Translations under genes and position numbers: made by a program
Notes under the pieces: model-generated
What the model saw: the letters and a program-made list of their open reading frames with translations, nothing else
Databases searched by the model: none
What the model was told of the DNA's origin: nothing
Shown here: one piece after another, positions 38,519 to 52,400 of the stretch
How positions within the stretch are numbered: the stretch's first letter is position 1
How the letters are laid out: each line of letters starts with the position of its first letter
Assembly: GCF_001949145.1 (NCBI RefSeq)
Contig: NW_019091357.1
Span: 934,671 to 998,670, forward strand
Length of the DNA: 64,000 bases
Reading direction: 5' to 3'
Origin: Acanthaster planci
Taxonomy: Eukaryota

Positions 38519-41500
38519 TTTTGTAAATATTGTCCCTAACATGATTTGTTATCTGCTTACTTTCATGCCCTGTCTGTATTTTAAGATCTGGAAAAATGTG
38601 ATTGCTGACAGATTCCAGATGACGCTAAAATAATTTCAAACAGTACAGTATCGTACAATTAACTAGAACATCTAAATAATTAATCAAAACCATCGGTCAG
38701 TACTTTTAAGTGATTTATTTTCTATCGCCAGACCCTAGGTTCATGAAAATAGGCTGACCTACTCACCATCGATCGAGCCCTACTTCCCTCCTGGGAGGCG
38801 AATTATCGAAGACGCTACCCACTAACGCTCTCGTCATATCGCCCCTAGCGTTTGTGATCATTACCCACTGGTTTCCTCACCACATGCAACTGATGAAGGA
38901 ATTACCGAAGAATCGCGCTGCTTGGATGTCACACCGCCTTCACCCAGACGGCCAATTACGCCTCCTCCTTCTCGTTTAATAGTAAAACTTTGTGCAGCAT
39001 AGATCCAGTGGATTTGAAGCTTTGATATGCGATTGGTAGGTTTTATTTGAAGTTGGATGATTTTGGTTTTTTTCTTTTCTCAATTGCTCATCCTGCCGAG
39101 GCTTGAATTGAGAGGAAATCCGGATCACTCTCTGGAACTTCGGCATTCTCTGATCTTTTAATCCCCGAACTAAATACAAACGCACATCCTGTGGTCAATT
39201 TGCTGGAGAGCGACCGAGCATTTTGAAATGAAAGTATTAATCATGCAGTTCCTGATTAAGACGAGGAACTGCAGTATACGAATAACAACGAAAGACCAAT
39301 AAATATGATCCTTTGGTTTTACGCCGATCGAGGTCATTAATCGTGACCACTGAGACATCAGCTACTATCTGTGTGTCAAGAAGACGCACTGATTAAAACA
39401 CCATTTCCGGAAAAAAAGAGAAATTGAAAGAATAAAACCAAGCATTTTGACCAAGCTTCTGGAAAACTGAAGGCCATTTAAAGGTCTGACGACCGGAGAT
39501 GGGGAAGGGTGTAAGACACGAAAAAGGAGACAAGGAATGGACACAATATCAAAGCTCTACTAAGTTTGGAGGAATCAACTGCATAGGAGATCACAATATA
39601 GACAACTTTTTTGTACCTGCACAGTGTTCCATAGTTTTAGGAGAAACTAGAAACACGATTTGATCACCTTGGGGCAGCAGGAGAAAGTGCACTATTTGCG
39701 TAACTCTTAGCACGAGATAGCTCTGTAATTAGGAGAGGATATGGTACGTTTTAGGTTCTTGGCCTATACAGTACCGAAGTATGATGTTGTTTTGAACCAG
39801 GAAGTGTAGTGCAAACGTATTGGTTCACGCGCCGGTTCTCGCACTAATGCCTTATACACACAATTGTACGCGTGACATATCACTTCGCTACTGCGCCCAG
39901 CCTCTGCCCATACTTTATGCCCAGTTTACCAACAAAGAGGATTACAAAACTTTTTTCACAGGTTTCTCTATATATATTGATTCGTAACACAATGATCTAT
40001 CTTACCAAATCAGATACCAAACCTTGCTGGCCCGCTAATAGCCGTTTTCCTATATAGCTCAGCGTAAAGCACGCTTCATCGCAATCATTTACACACTCCT
40101 CAAAACCGAATAGCCACGCAAGTGTTGTTTAGACAAAAAAATTAAATAATTTCATTTTGTGGATGGCTGTAGGATATGTTTTCCCACTCCATCAGCACAG
40201 CAGACCTCATTTATTACCCCTGAAGCTAGTGCGTGCTGAGTGTTTAGATAAGAGTGCATTTTTGAGATGGATGTCTTTTATTCAGTGCGATGAACCGCAG
40301 ACGATAATTCAAGCGCATTCCCGCCTTTTCTAAGTGAGTAGCAAACACAGGGCCATGTTTAATTTATTTTTAATTCCGACACTCACTCTTGTCTCCTCGA
40401 CGCGTCGCGGTCCTCTTTAAACCTTAAGGTGTAAAGTATAGTCTTAACTTGCGAGTCTCAGGTAACTGCTCTGTTAGACATTCAAGCTGTCTGAACGGAT
40501 AAAGCAATCTGCCTCAGACGACCTTTGGTTCCCGCGCATTCCTCCGTGCCTTGTCAAGCAAATAACAACTGCCAAGTTCGGCACACCGTGACGCGGCCAG
40601 GGTAGTTGTCATCTCCACATCGACCATTTAAAAAAGGGAAGAGAGAAAGTCAAGCATGGGGCGGCCTCTGTAAATATTTTAAGCTGCAAGGCAAACACAA
40701 CCTTGTCGGCTCCACTAAACCAATTAAACAAAGCATCAGCAGTCCCGGGGACAAAAGTAAACACCGGCACAAATTAATTCGCCATCGACTTTGCAAATTT
40801 GTTCCGTAATGGGTCGAAGATACCAGGAGAAACTCTCAGGAACTCAGCGCTTGAAGTTACAAACTGAAACTGTTCCCGTGATTGGGAAAAAAATGAAGCT
40901 TTAAATGTGTAAACTGCGCTGGCGCGGACCCCAGCAATGAACATTGATCACAGACTGGGCAAGAAGACTGGGATCACGGGAAAACTCGGCACAAGGAAAG
41001 CTTAGCCCAGGGCTGCAAGGGGTGGGTGATTAGATCTACACCGCGCGGTGATCATTTCAAGTTACTCTTAGTGTGACAGTGGAGAGACGGGGTGTACGCT
41101 GGAGAGCTCTGGAGTCCCGGGAAAGATGGCACACATGTCACCCACTGACGACAGTATTTTAATCACGCGTCAACCATTCGGCTCTGGGCATCGTCACAAG
41201 GGTGTAAACAGTGGATGCGGTATAAGGCTGATTACTTGCAAGATCGTTAGACGCAAATCTGAGTATTTGAAGAACAAATATCATACTTTTCATTCGCCAG
41301 TTGGAGTCGCTGTTTAATCTGCTTGCGGATGCATGGCAGTTGCTTACTCATTTAAACTCGTCTCTTCATGAGCCATCCTTCCACAGAAGGATTGATGGGG
41401 AGGGAGCGGGTTAAAGTAAACAATGGACGAGCTTTCTTGAGAAGAAGTAATTGGAAGTTAAAGCTAATCCAAATATAAATGAGCTTACCTGTTCTACCTT

Positions 41501-43161
41501 TCATTGCCTCTGTATCACACAGAACATTAACGCAACGAAGAAAGACCAATCTAATGTTCACTAAAATGGAATTGTCAAACCTTTGTTTTGAGCGACCTTT
41601 ATCTTCATACGGTGATTGCACTCAAGCGTGTTTATTCAAAACAAGAACACTTTTTACGGTTATGTGGACAAAGTAAAATTGTTGATATACCCTCATCCGT
41701 GGAAATGCGAAAAGCTCGCAGAAAGGGTTAACAGGAGCTGCATCGTGTCACTACGGGGTCAACAAACACTTTCATTGACCTTGAGGCAGTGGTTCCAAAC
41801 GCAGTTGTTGGAATCGAAATTTACCTTGCAATTTATATGCCTGCCCATGATATTCACTGAAATTACATTCTCACGATTTTTAATTCACGAGGGCCCGCTG
41901 TGGCGTGCTTCGGTTATTAGTGATTGCTGACATATGCCTCTTTTGGAGAAATGCTCTGTCAGTGAATGAGTTTGTTGACACCCGTAGTGACACGATGCAA
42001 CTTCTTTTAACCCCTTCTGTTTAAACGAAGTAATTTGATGATGGAAACTTCTTTCAAATAACCTTTCAATATCTGATTGCGAACAGAATGTCTCAGGGCT
42101 CTTCCTTGCTCGGCAAGAAGTTGCCAGTTGACTACAATTTTCAAAGTAGCTCAATTGGCATTCCACAAAAGAACCTGCATATGTTTTACTACTTTATGTT
42201 TTCCATTCACATTAACCAATAAGACCATTTCGAGAGGGCAGAAAAGGGATGCCTTGAAGAACTACTCAATTTAATCTTTTCAGGATTAAAGATTATAGGA
42301 TTACAAAGATTAAGGAGTAAAGTCAGATGGTACACCGTAAACCACAGATATGGTGCAGTAGTTGGTGGAAAATGTTCATTTTTCATTTGCTCGCGTAAGT
42401 TAACCGCTGTGTTGCTGTGGCTACAATTGAAACCGATTTGTCAGAACCACTTTGTGGTTCCTATTGTGATCTGTGCTCATATGGAAATGAAGTCCATATT
42501 ATTTTTCTCACGTAATGATGGAGTTAATGCTCCGTGTTACTCATGAAACTTGAAGAATCGTGATTATTTTCCTTTCAGGGGAAGAGAAGAAATCCTGCGA
42601 CCTTTATATACGATAGAGATTCGACCAGCGATCAAAACATCCCAACGATGCTTTTATACTTACAAAGAGTACAAGACGCTCTAGAAGTCGAATCTATCAC
42701 GTAGGTCATTTGAACAAATTAATGAAAGAATGATGTAACTGATATTAAACACAAGTGTACGTGGATAAACATGTCAATTTTTTATTCTTTGCTAGGACCT
42801 CATTCTAACACGACTGATTGTATTTCACTTGCTTACAGACAAAAGTAAAGGTATCGTGTTTGCCATAAAGGGCGGAACACTCAACAGGTTGTCGTGTCGA
42901 CAAGACTAGGGGATGACAGGTAAGTGGCTGGTCACGTTCCCAATTTGTCTAGAAGACAGTTAACTCTCAACTTAGACATTCTCAGTGATGTGATATGTCT
43001 TCTGGTTTGAACCGTTGGCTGTCACTTCAAATTGCAAGTTGATGCTTTAAGAACAATATTTTGAAAAGTAGTCAACTTTCCTAGTTTAACCAAAGATGAA
43101 GATAACCGTCAAAATGAATTTGACATCACAATGAAATGCAGTCCGTGTGGTCACAATACAC

Positions 43162-43421
43162 AATTTTTTAATTATAACTTTTTTGCCCTTACGTGACCTT
43201 TGTATGTATAAACACTGTATGCTCAGTGCTTGTCCGAGAGCTTGCAAAACAAATCACAAGCTTACTCGGGTGGGACTCGAACCCACGACCTCCTGCGAGT
43301 TCCATCCGAGTAAGCTTGTGAGTTTTTTGCAAGCTCTCGGACTAACACTGAGTTGTCCAAGGCAGTGTTTATAAATATACACTTAGGGTAAGGGCAAAAA
43401 AAAACTTATAATTAAGAAATT
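43162..43421. mobile_element. Head-to-head inverted pair of tRNA-derived SINE-like fragments (260-bp fold-back)
   Basis: The arms (~115-125 nt) are inverted copies: ccgagtaagcttgtga...ttgcaagctctcggac...cactgag...cagtgtttata...gtaagggcaaaaaa...ttataattaa. The centre on the - strand reads aggtcgtgggttcgagtccc, a tRNA T-arm / Pol III B-box (GTTCGA). Confidence 0.75.
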
Positions 43422-46400
43422 AACATCTCACGACACAAAGTACATCTTGAAACAATACAGAAGTTTATCCAATCTTTGACATTTTGAAGAAGGCAAAGAT
43501 ATTCGCCTAAAATTAAGTCTTCCATGGAATGAATAGCATTAATGTTAACGTGCACACAAATTAAGTACATGTAGGACTCTATGGACTGACAGCCACTTAG
43601 GCCCTAAAGAGACCCCGAAATACACAAAACAATGGATTTATATTAGCAACCCTGGAAAGGCCGCGCGCAGACTCCTTCAGCAAACCATTTAAAACATGAC
43701 TACTGTTAGAGACGGAAGCGCCGATTTTGTAACAAATTGCCAAGAAAGTAACCATGCCCCAGCCTTCCAGCGCAAAGAGCAAACGTAATGCGAGAAATAT
43801 ACACTCATCACGGTGCTCATGAACTTAAAAATGAGTATACCTACCAGATTCCGCGGTTCACGATCTTGACTTAAGCCTGAACGTAACTCGACGACCTCTG
43901 TTGGCGGCCACAGATCACAACCTCGCACAGTAAAAAAAAAACTCGTTCTTTTGCTACTCGCTTTGCTCCACCATCGTCATGGAATACAGTCACATCTTCT
44001 GAAACGTCTACTGTCCTAAAGCCGTCATTGGAGACTTTTTCCTAACCTATAGCTTCTCCTCTGTTGGCGGTATTCGCTGATAAGCAGACCGACGCGACTG
44101 CGATCGTTTTCGATGTGCGGATGCGCTTTCGATTCTGGCGTGACCAACGATCCCACCAGCGTTGATATGACGAGGACGATACCACACGACAACTGCTACG
44201 GCACCACGTGACCTCACCTGGCAGCGCGCGATCGCTCCCTATACATCACTAGGGCTTCGTAAATTATCGCTGTCCTGCAGGTAAAACGAGAAAGCCTGTC
44301 GCTATACGACTATAGACTTAGTATTGGGAAGCACTGCACCGCTGTTTTGTTGGTGGGATGTGCATTTTGCCGCTTTCTCAGCAAATATTAATATATTGCC
44401 GTGGGGTTTGCTGTCGTCTGGTGTGCTGATATGTGACAGGTTTTTGTATATGGACATGTCTACGGTACAACTTACAATTGCAAAAAACAGTCTGAGTACT
44501 AAGGTTTTTGGACTCAAACAGAAAAGGAAATAAGTACGTTGTCTGTAGAATGACATCTTTTCTGCTGAACCCTTTTTTCAGACTCACATAAGTGTCTGTC
44601 TGTTCAACTCAAAGTTTATGGCTCTTATGCCTATAAAACTTTGATATCATTTTGCAAGCGATTTGAACCACGACCCGTCAGAGCGAGTTGAGACATTGTT
44701 TATCGACTTGAGCAGCCATTTGCTTTCAAAGTTCACATTGCATTTTGTGGTGTCGAAACGCATACTTTCAGCTTACCCAAGAAAGTTTCCAAACCACTTT
44801 TCTTAACTCTCAGTAATGGAAGGTTGAAGTCATCCATGTGCTTTTTTCTCTCGCAGATCATCGTGATAAAACATCCATTTCGACTTTGAATACCTGAAAG
44901 AATCTAAAATACAGTTATACTGTATATTGCCCAAAAGTCATCCTGTCACAATACCACAAACCGATCCAGAGTATTTCAATGGGAACTTTTAATTTTATGA
45001 TGAGGATAAGATCCTGAATCTTACTTTCCATTTGAGGGAATAAATTTCGACTGTCTTCCGGTAAGTGAAGTATAATTCGGTCAGTTTGATGAAAATAATC
45101 CTCAGACAGCTACAGCTTCAGTTTATGCGAGAGTAATGCAGCGGTACTCAGACTGAAGACCCGGTGCGCCATGGAAAATGACACTTGTGACGGCGTAAAG
45201 AGAGTCACGTTGTTCCAATCGATACCCGTGTGTCGGTTGAAATCAGATAATTTGGATCACAGGTGTACAAAGTCATGTAATGTGCCAGTGACCAAACGCA
45301 GGTACTCGGCCGAGCTTGTGTTGGCTTTTTAACAGATCAATACAAACTATATAAATACAAACACGGTTTCGGTTGGTTAGACAGATACAGTCGATACCTC
45401 AGGCGGCTGTGATGGTGATGATAAAGGTAAATTTGGCTACAGACTCTTAAACAATAAATTGAGCTCAGAACGCTGATAGTTATTGGATGCAAGGTGTTAA
45501 TGGCATCCACATATGAGAAAGAAATGCAACTTGGTAATCACAGTTTATGACAGTCATATACGGAAGTACGAGTTGCATACTCAAGGTATACCGGTATGTA
45601 GTGTGTACTATACCTTAGTACCAAGGTGTCGGTACTAGGCAGCTTCATTAGTTAGATAAAAACTGCGTTGTGCCATAAATATGCAGTTCTAAGCACACTG
45701 TAGGATTATGGCAGCCGTTGTTCGGGGAGTAATGTTGCAGAATAGTTTCAAATTAACTCCTGAATGGTGAAAGTGTGTCAGCGCTCTAGTAGAGATGAAA
45801 GGACATTGGTGTGTATTGATTGATACTCCACTTTTCTTTCCAGTTTCCCTGGAAACATTCAAGGAGCGCTTTGCGTTTATGAGTTATTTACATTAAAATT
45901 AGATTTTTTTGAAATGTAAGTAATAAATGGTGCGATTGTTCTTGTTTGTCGTCTATACAAAACAGCAAAGAAGCACTTAGCAATACGCAAAAGCACCCTT
46001 GGCTTTAAAATGAGCCTCCTAGGAAGTCTGATTAAGAAATATTTTACAGAAAAAGGCTACTTCTGTGATTTCCTGCATAACCGAGTTTTGTAAATTTAGG
46101 TACCGGTACGTCGTAAAAAAACAAACTCGTCTCATGGCAACGTTTAGCCCGTAGGAGATCAACGTCCCTAGCGTTTTCGTGTGTTTCTCCAGGTGGCTTA
46201 TCAAAGCCGAGCACGCAGCGGGTTATGGCGCGTTAATGACCGCTGATCCCCCCCCCGACCCTTCGGCGTAAAAAAGACGCAGGATTAACACGGTCAGCGA
46301 GAAGGATTTACTCCGTGTTTATTTGCGGTTACCAGCGGGACCCACTCGCGGAGTAATGTGGGGAATTTGGGGCTCTTCGGTAACGGGTTTTGGTTAGGGG

Positions 46401-49400
46401 TTTGTGTTTTCTTGGTGGCTGTAAAATGTAGTTGCCCACAGCAAAACGCACATCGAAGTACAGCTTGGGGCCACACGCATCCATTATGCAATCGTCTGTC
46501 TCAAGTGAGTGCACGTTTGGAAAACAACAGCTCTAAAAAACAAGACGATAATTGTGTTATCATACGTGATTGATTGTGTCCCCCGGCTACGGAACAATCA
46601 AAGTGCAGCAACCAAGTGGCAGAAATAAGAGTCATAATGTTAGAATGGAGTCGGTAAGATCAGCTATAATATGCCAGTTGTCGAAATACAGCAAGAGTGA
46701 CGGGTCTCTGAAATTACTCTGCTTGCATAGAAATATTTTGTTCTTAAACATCTTTCCCACGTCCTTAAAAACTAAAAACTTAATGTCATAGGATCTCTAA
46801 GCACAAAAGCTTGTGCTATTCAAAACAACTTATTCATTGTAAAAAAAATACTTTCTCCGAATCTTTTTGAAAAAAGGCTGTTCTGTAAGCCTGGTTCTTC
46901 TCTCACTTTGCCATTTTTGCCCGAGGCAGTTCCCCCCCCCTCATTTTCTGAACTTGATATTTTACCGAACGTTGAATGAACACCGCACCGTGGAGTCCAC
47001 TCAGCCACGCCTCAGCGCCACGTAAACCTTTTGGCGCCCGTGGAGGGGATGATACGATTGTCCAGCCAAAGCTAAAGGGGTGCTTCATCCTCGCGGATAC
47101 GTTTGGCGTCAGGACCAGTAATCACGCAAAGTCAAAACTTTCACAAATCGGAAATTTGTGCCTTCTCCTGTCTCATGTGTTCATGTTCGTTGTACCCAAA
47201 TCCATTTTATTTATTGTAAAAATCAAAATATTTTACAGTTGAAGGGTCTGTCTTGCTTTTAAACAATGTCATATCTCTTACATTTGGGCTGAAACATGAC
47301 ACTCGAGTTCACTTATTATTCCTTTGAATTATGCTCAGTGTAGAATGAGGTTAATAATTGCCTCTAATGTGTTCTATTCCCACTTATCGTAAGTTTTCAA
47401 CGGAAAATGTAAAAGCGACGCCCACACGCGAGAAGATCAGCCCGCGGGTACATCAAACTGGAGCTTAAGTCGGGCGTGCGTTCACCGCTGCTGATTTGTG
47501 CGTCAGCATGAGCACCGCCGTCTGTCCCCGCGCCTCTGCCGCACTTCTCTTCTGCACTTCATCACGCCCGCCCTGCTCTCCGGAACAAATCGGGTCACAC
47601 GACAACGGATTTGCCCGACTACGCGACTACTGAAAAACAAGGTCGGACAAACATTTGGAGCAGCGATACCGCAGCACTTGAAAAGAGAAAGAAAGTCCAG
47701 CGGACATCGAGATCATATTTCAATGAATGTAACAGTTCGGATGCAAGAAGAGAACCACATAGAAATAATTATATGCCTATAAAACGTAAAATTTGTTTGT
47801 ATTTGGATGTGAGGTATAGAGTGTAGTGAATACTAACTAATCTATGTTTAAACGTCTCCAACGCGCTTGAATTACTCGGACCCTAATTGTTAACTACACT
47901 TGACGGACTAGCTCTTCTCCTGATTACGACCCAAATTTGTTGATGTTTCTAAGAAAAAGGTCCATCAATGAAAAACATTGTTATGATTAACATGCAGTTG
48001 ACCGATGCCTTTTAATCACCTTCAACCTAACACAGCTAAATCTACCCTGATCTTATTTCGGCCGACGACACGACGATATTGATCGTAGCTATCACTTTGC
48101 GTTGCGCAGCACGCTCGTTCGCGGATTTCTACCCGAAATACGACGAGATGAACCCTATACAGCGGCCGTTTATCCGCCCCAAGCACGCAAAGTCACACGA
48201 TCCTCGGAGTTTGGTCGACTTGATACCCAAATATTTGGCCAGGCAGGTATAATGGGGGAGAATTTTCAGTGTGCCTGTGGGCTGATGGTAGTCCAGAATG
48301 ATGTTTAAATTTCAAGCCAGAATTTTGGCAGCACTGGCCAAGGTCAAGGCAAAATAAAAGCCTCTCGGAATTAATCATTAGTTTGTCGAGCATCCTTTTG
48401 CACATTCCGTCACATCATTCAAAACGTGATACTGTACTGCATACAGTTATCAAATTTAGTTTTGAAACGTCCCATACATATTCTTTAAAAAGTTGTGCCA
48501 CTCGCTTCATCATCGGGGAGGGCACCAACACAGGGAAAACAAGAAGTTCCGTGGATGTACTAGCCCCATGCAGGCTAGTTTAACATTTTATTTCGAATTT
48601 ACTCCTTGTAGTTTCCGTTCGGACATCCTTAGTATCCCAAGCTGGTAGCGTGCAAATGCAGAAGAAAAGGTAAATTCATCACTAGGGGAGCGAATCGAAT
48701 CGCAGCGACGTTGCGGAAGTGCGATTAACTTCGAAAGGGGAGGCGCAAGGACAAAAGCGCGCGGTATGTCAACCTGTCAAACTCCCGTATAGATGCTCGA
48801 CAACCATGGATGAAGGGTTTAAGTACGGACGCGGGGCTTTGAGCCTACATCGTCGCCTTCGGCTCACATCTCGGTATTCCTCTCTTTTTTCACATGGAAG
48901 GAGAGAGGCCCTCTTTGTGGCCAGCTTGCCGGGCCTAATCACCAGGTGCTGATGCAATCGCCTTACGGTCGATGGGTTCACACTCCCGGCGATAGATCCT
49001 GGGATTCAGAGGAGGAAGATGTGCTCCAAAAGGGCTTTTGGTTTGCGGTTTTAAATTGAATTCCCTTTGACCTGAAACGACAGAAACTGGGACGTTTAAG
49101 TAGCAATTCTATTCTGTCCTAATGGTTTTATCCTTTACAATAACGCTGATGTATTCATCAATCATTTATGCCATCAGTTTATACTCAAATCTAAATGCAT
49201 TGTTAAATATTTAGGGAGGAAATTCATGCCTTTTCCTTTTTTCCCAATTTGGTTTTACTCAAGACGTATACATCGTCAATCATTTAAAACAAAATACATG
49301 TATTGAAAAAAAACCTTGAATTAGAATGTAAAGCTACTCGCTGAACACTCTACTCTTGCTTGGTAACATCCTGTCATAACTAGCCTCTGTATTTACTTAA

Positions 49401-52400
49401 AATCTTTTCCCATCTTTATGCCTGGCCGGCCGCTTAAAGTGACTTCCAGTTTGACAGCTTGTCCTTGGGCTAACATAAAGAAATTCAGGATGCTACTGCG
49501 GCTGTCTCGAATTTAGCCTCCACATCCATGACTTGAAGGCACTTCACATGACTAGCGAGTATACGTGTATTTAGAACTGTTTCAAGTGGCTCCAACAATG
49601 GTAACTAAAAAAACTACATTCCAACATTGAGTACAGGAGTAGCTCACATAATGCATTTAGATTTATTGGCCACATAATGGTCGCTTAATTGAAGATCAGG
49701 GCTGCCTTTTTCAACATAACCGACAGTCGTTTAGGAAATGTTAAAAGTCCCTAAGGATTATGCTTGCGTAGCGTCGGGGCGGTTTGTAACTTGATGAAAA
49801 CGGCGAATGCTGAATATCTGTACGCCGTCAATTTCAAATGCTGAATTTTCGTTTTTTTGATCGCAACTTGCAACTTATATATCTATAACAACCTCGTGTA
49901 AAAGTTTCTGCATCTTTTCACCGTCATGATGGCTATTTGGCTTATTGACAAAATCTTGATTAATCACCACAACTGCAAATTCTTGAACAGAAGACACGCC
50001 ACCCATTTCATCTTTCGAAGCCCTTCTTTCGAAAATTCTCTTTCACTTTCTTAACTTTTCTTTGGGAATTTTTAGGGCAGGGCAGCATCACTTGATATCG
50101 TCCAACGTTACTTGCCAATCCATCCATATTATAAATGATTCAAACTGGCCCCCCTCCAAGACAGCAGAAAGTGCAGTAAAGCTGGACCCAAACATACAGC
50201 GCCCTAAAAACTGTCGGGGCAGAAAGTGGCTCCGCGTATGTCGGCTGCCTTTGCGTGTGCGTGCTACGGAGCTGATCCAGCGTATTAATTAGTCCTAGCG
50301 GATTCCCTTTGATCCTTCGGTGTTTAGCTGTTCCGGATTAGCGGGAACCATTCCGGCAGTGGCTGTGCCGTTCATTTTAGTGTAGCCCGGGGCAGTTGTC
50401 TGCTCTTTCTTCCAATATTGCCTATAGCAGGAAATAAATAGTCAGATTATGTCCGAGACCAGGCTCCCTTGTTTCAAATCGAAGAACGTTTGCTTTCAAA
50501 AATTAATAAGCAATAAGTAAGCCCTACTTCAGCAGTCAAGGCAAAATGTCGGTGAAAGCTCCCTGAAATAGAGTTTCTGAAGACTGAACTTTCCCGAATT
50601 TATATGACGCCACTCCTTGTTATGGGAGGAAATTTTGCCCAAATGGTCTATAAATGGGCTATAAACTTATGTGGAAGAGTTAGGTTACTTTAAGTGGAGA
50701 GTTAGTGTCGCGTTTATCCTATATACTCGGTTCCTCAAAGCATACGCAAGGAATACTAGTCCTGCAAATTGCAATGCTGTAGTAACAACATAAACTTCAT
50801 GGCCCAACATAAAGTGGCCCTTGGTATTGAAAATGCAAGAAAAAACAAAAGGATGGTTAAAAAGTGCATCGACCTGCCCTTTATCGGCCTCAGTTGGGAT
50901 TTGTGGTAAAGGTAGCCATAATGTATACCACGGAGGAATTATTGTTACGTTCACAATTATTCTTACGTATGTTAGCCATCTCTGTCCAAAATACCCGTGA
51001 GAACTATGTTGGTTTGCTTTGCGTTGGTGTCGCGTTCTTTCGCCCCAGCAAAACTCAAGGATGCCAATTCGCAGAATGCAGTCGCTTTAATGGGTGCTTA
51101 AGCTCCTTACAAGAGCGCGGTACCTGAAGCTGTTGCCTGCACTTTTCTAAGTCGGAGATTATTTCAAGTGAACTTGCCATTTTGATGCCAATGCCATTCA
51201 ACCGCCTGCACTTTCCAGCCTCATATGTTATAATTGATTTATATCGTAGCGTAAACTACACAGAGTGCCTCTAATGGAACCTGACTTCGTTTACAGTTTC
51301 AGGTTGTCTTCAAGGAATAGGTAACATGTCAGTTTGCTATGGGCTCATGATATCCAGCACTGACAAGGACGAAGACAGTAAATGCACTCCTTTTAAAACG
51401 AGTCATTATGAGTGCGCTCATAGAAATACAAAGCTATCGGTACCCTTTAATTCGTCCATAACAAATGTAGTTGCAAGGCACAAATTCCTTCCAGTTCCTT
51501 CCTTCGCTTTAAGAGTAGGGGTTACCATTCTTAAAATATTGTTCGAAAAAATATACTTATTTGTGTTAATTACGGGGGCAACACTATATCGCGTTGTGAA
51601 ATGTAGTCAGCCAAAACGGTGGTACAGAAAACTAAACATGAAAAGGGGCCGTAGGTTGCAATTTCTGCCCGGGGAATGCAAAATACACAGAAGGTGATAC
51701 ATCTTGCTATGGGGGAGGGGTAATTGGGGTAACAGTAATGTACACAGGGGTGGCTGTGTATCAGTAGGTTTAGCCGGCTGGTGTGTGGTTTGGTGGACTT
51801 CTCTCCCCCAAGTATATCGATTTCCAGCGAATAAAAATTGGTTTCTTCGTCTCCTGCCCGCTTGTTTCCACGGAGGAAGACTGGTTTGGCCGCCCTCTTA
51901 GGCCTATCATCAACTAGGTTAAAAAGATAACACGAATTTCAAAGTAGCACATGAAGTGATCTCCTACTTTAAAATAATTTAGCATGAAGTGAATCTGATA
52001 TTGAGGGCCCGCCCCCCCCCAAAAAAGAGGTAGAAATTTCAAAAGCACACTGGACCATTTGTTGAAATTAGATTTGAATCAGGTGCTGTAGTGTTTCCTA
52101 AGACTGCGTCATGTACTTGGTATGACAAAACGCGCAAATACGTTAGCAGAAAAAGCTACCCATTGATCCTAACCTATGGTCCATTAGAAGCCAGTTGCTA
52201 GTGTAATACACACGCAATGCACTGACCGAACGTGCGGTACCACGACATTGGAAATTGAGTAGTGACATTACGTGATCCAGAGAAGGAAAAATGTTGTGTA
52301 TAGAGTTTCGGGAGTCGTCCCCCCTGACAACAGTCTTGCTCTCTGGCATGGCTGATGATCTGTCAGCTGTCTTCATTAAGACTAATGGTCCCAGATCGAC

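Noticed and set aside
38761..39000. Strong minus-strand donor (ATG|gtgagt at 38767) as a distant first coding exon of the GPCR
   Set aside because: Direct phase-1 joining to 18912 has an in-frame stop five codons upstream and no ATG. It works only via the weak 19605 acceptor, while a nearer start (19491) and donor (19893) explain the gene.
43267..43296. tRNA gene
   Set aside because: Only a T-arm/B-box remnant; no acceptor stem, D-arm or anticodon arm. It is part of a SINE-like repeat.
47508..47633. 41-aa ORF (MSTAVCPRASAALLFC...) as a neuropeptide precursor
   Set aside because: Hydrophobic core too short for a convincing signal peptide; no dibasic cleavage or amidation sites.
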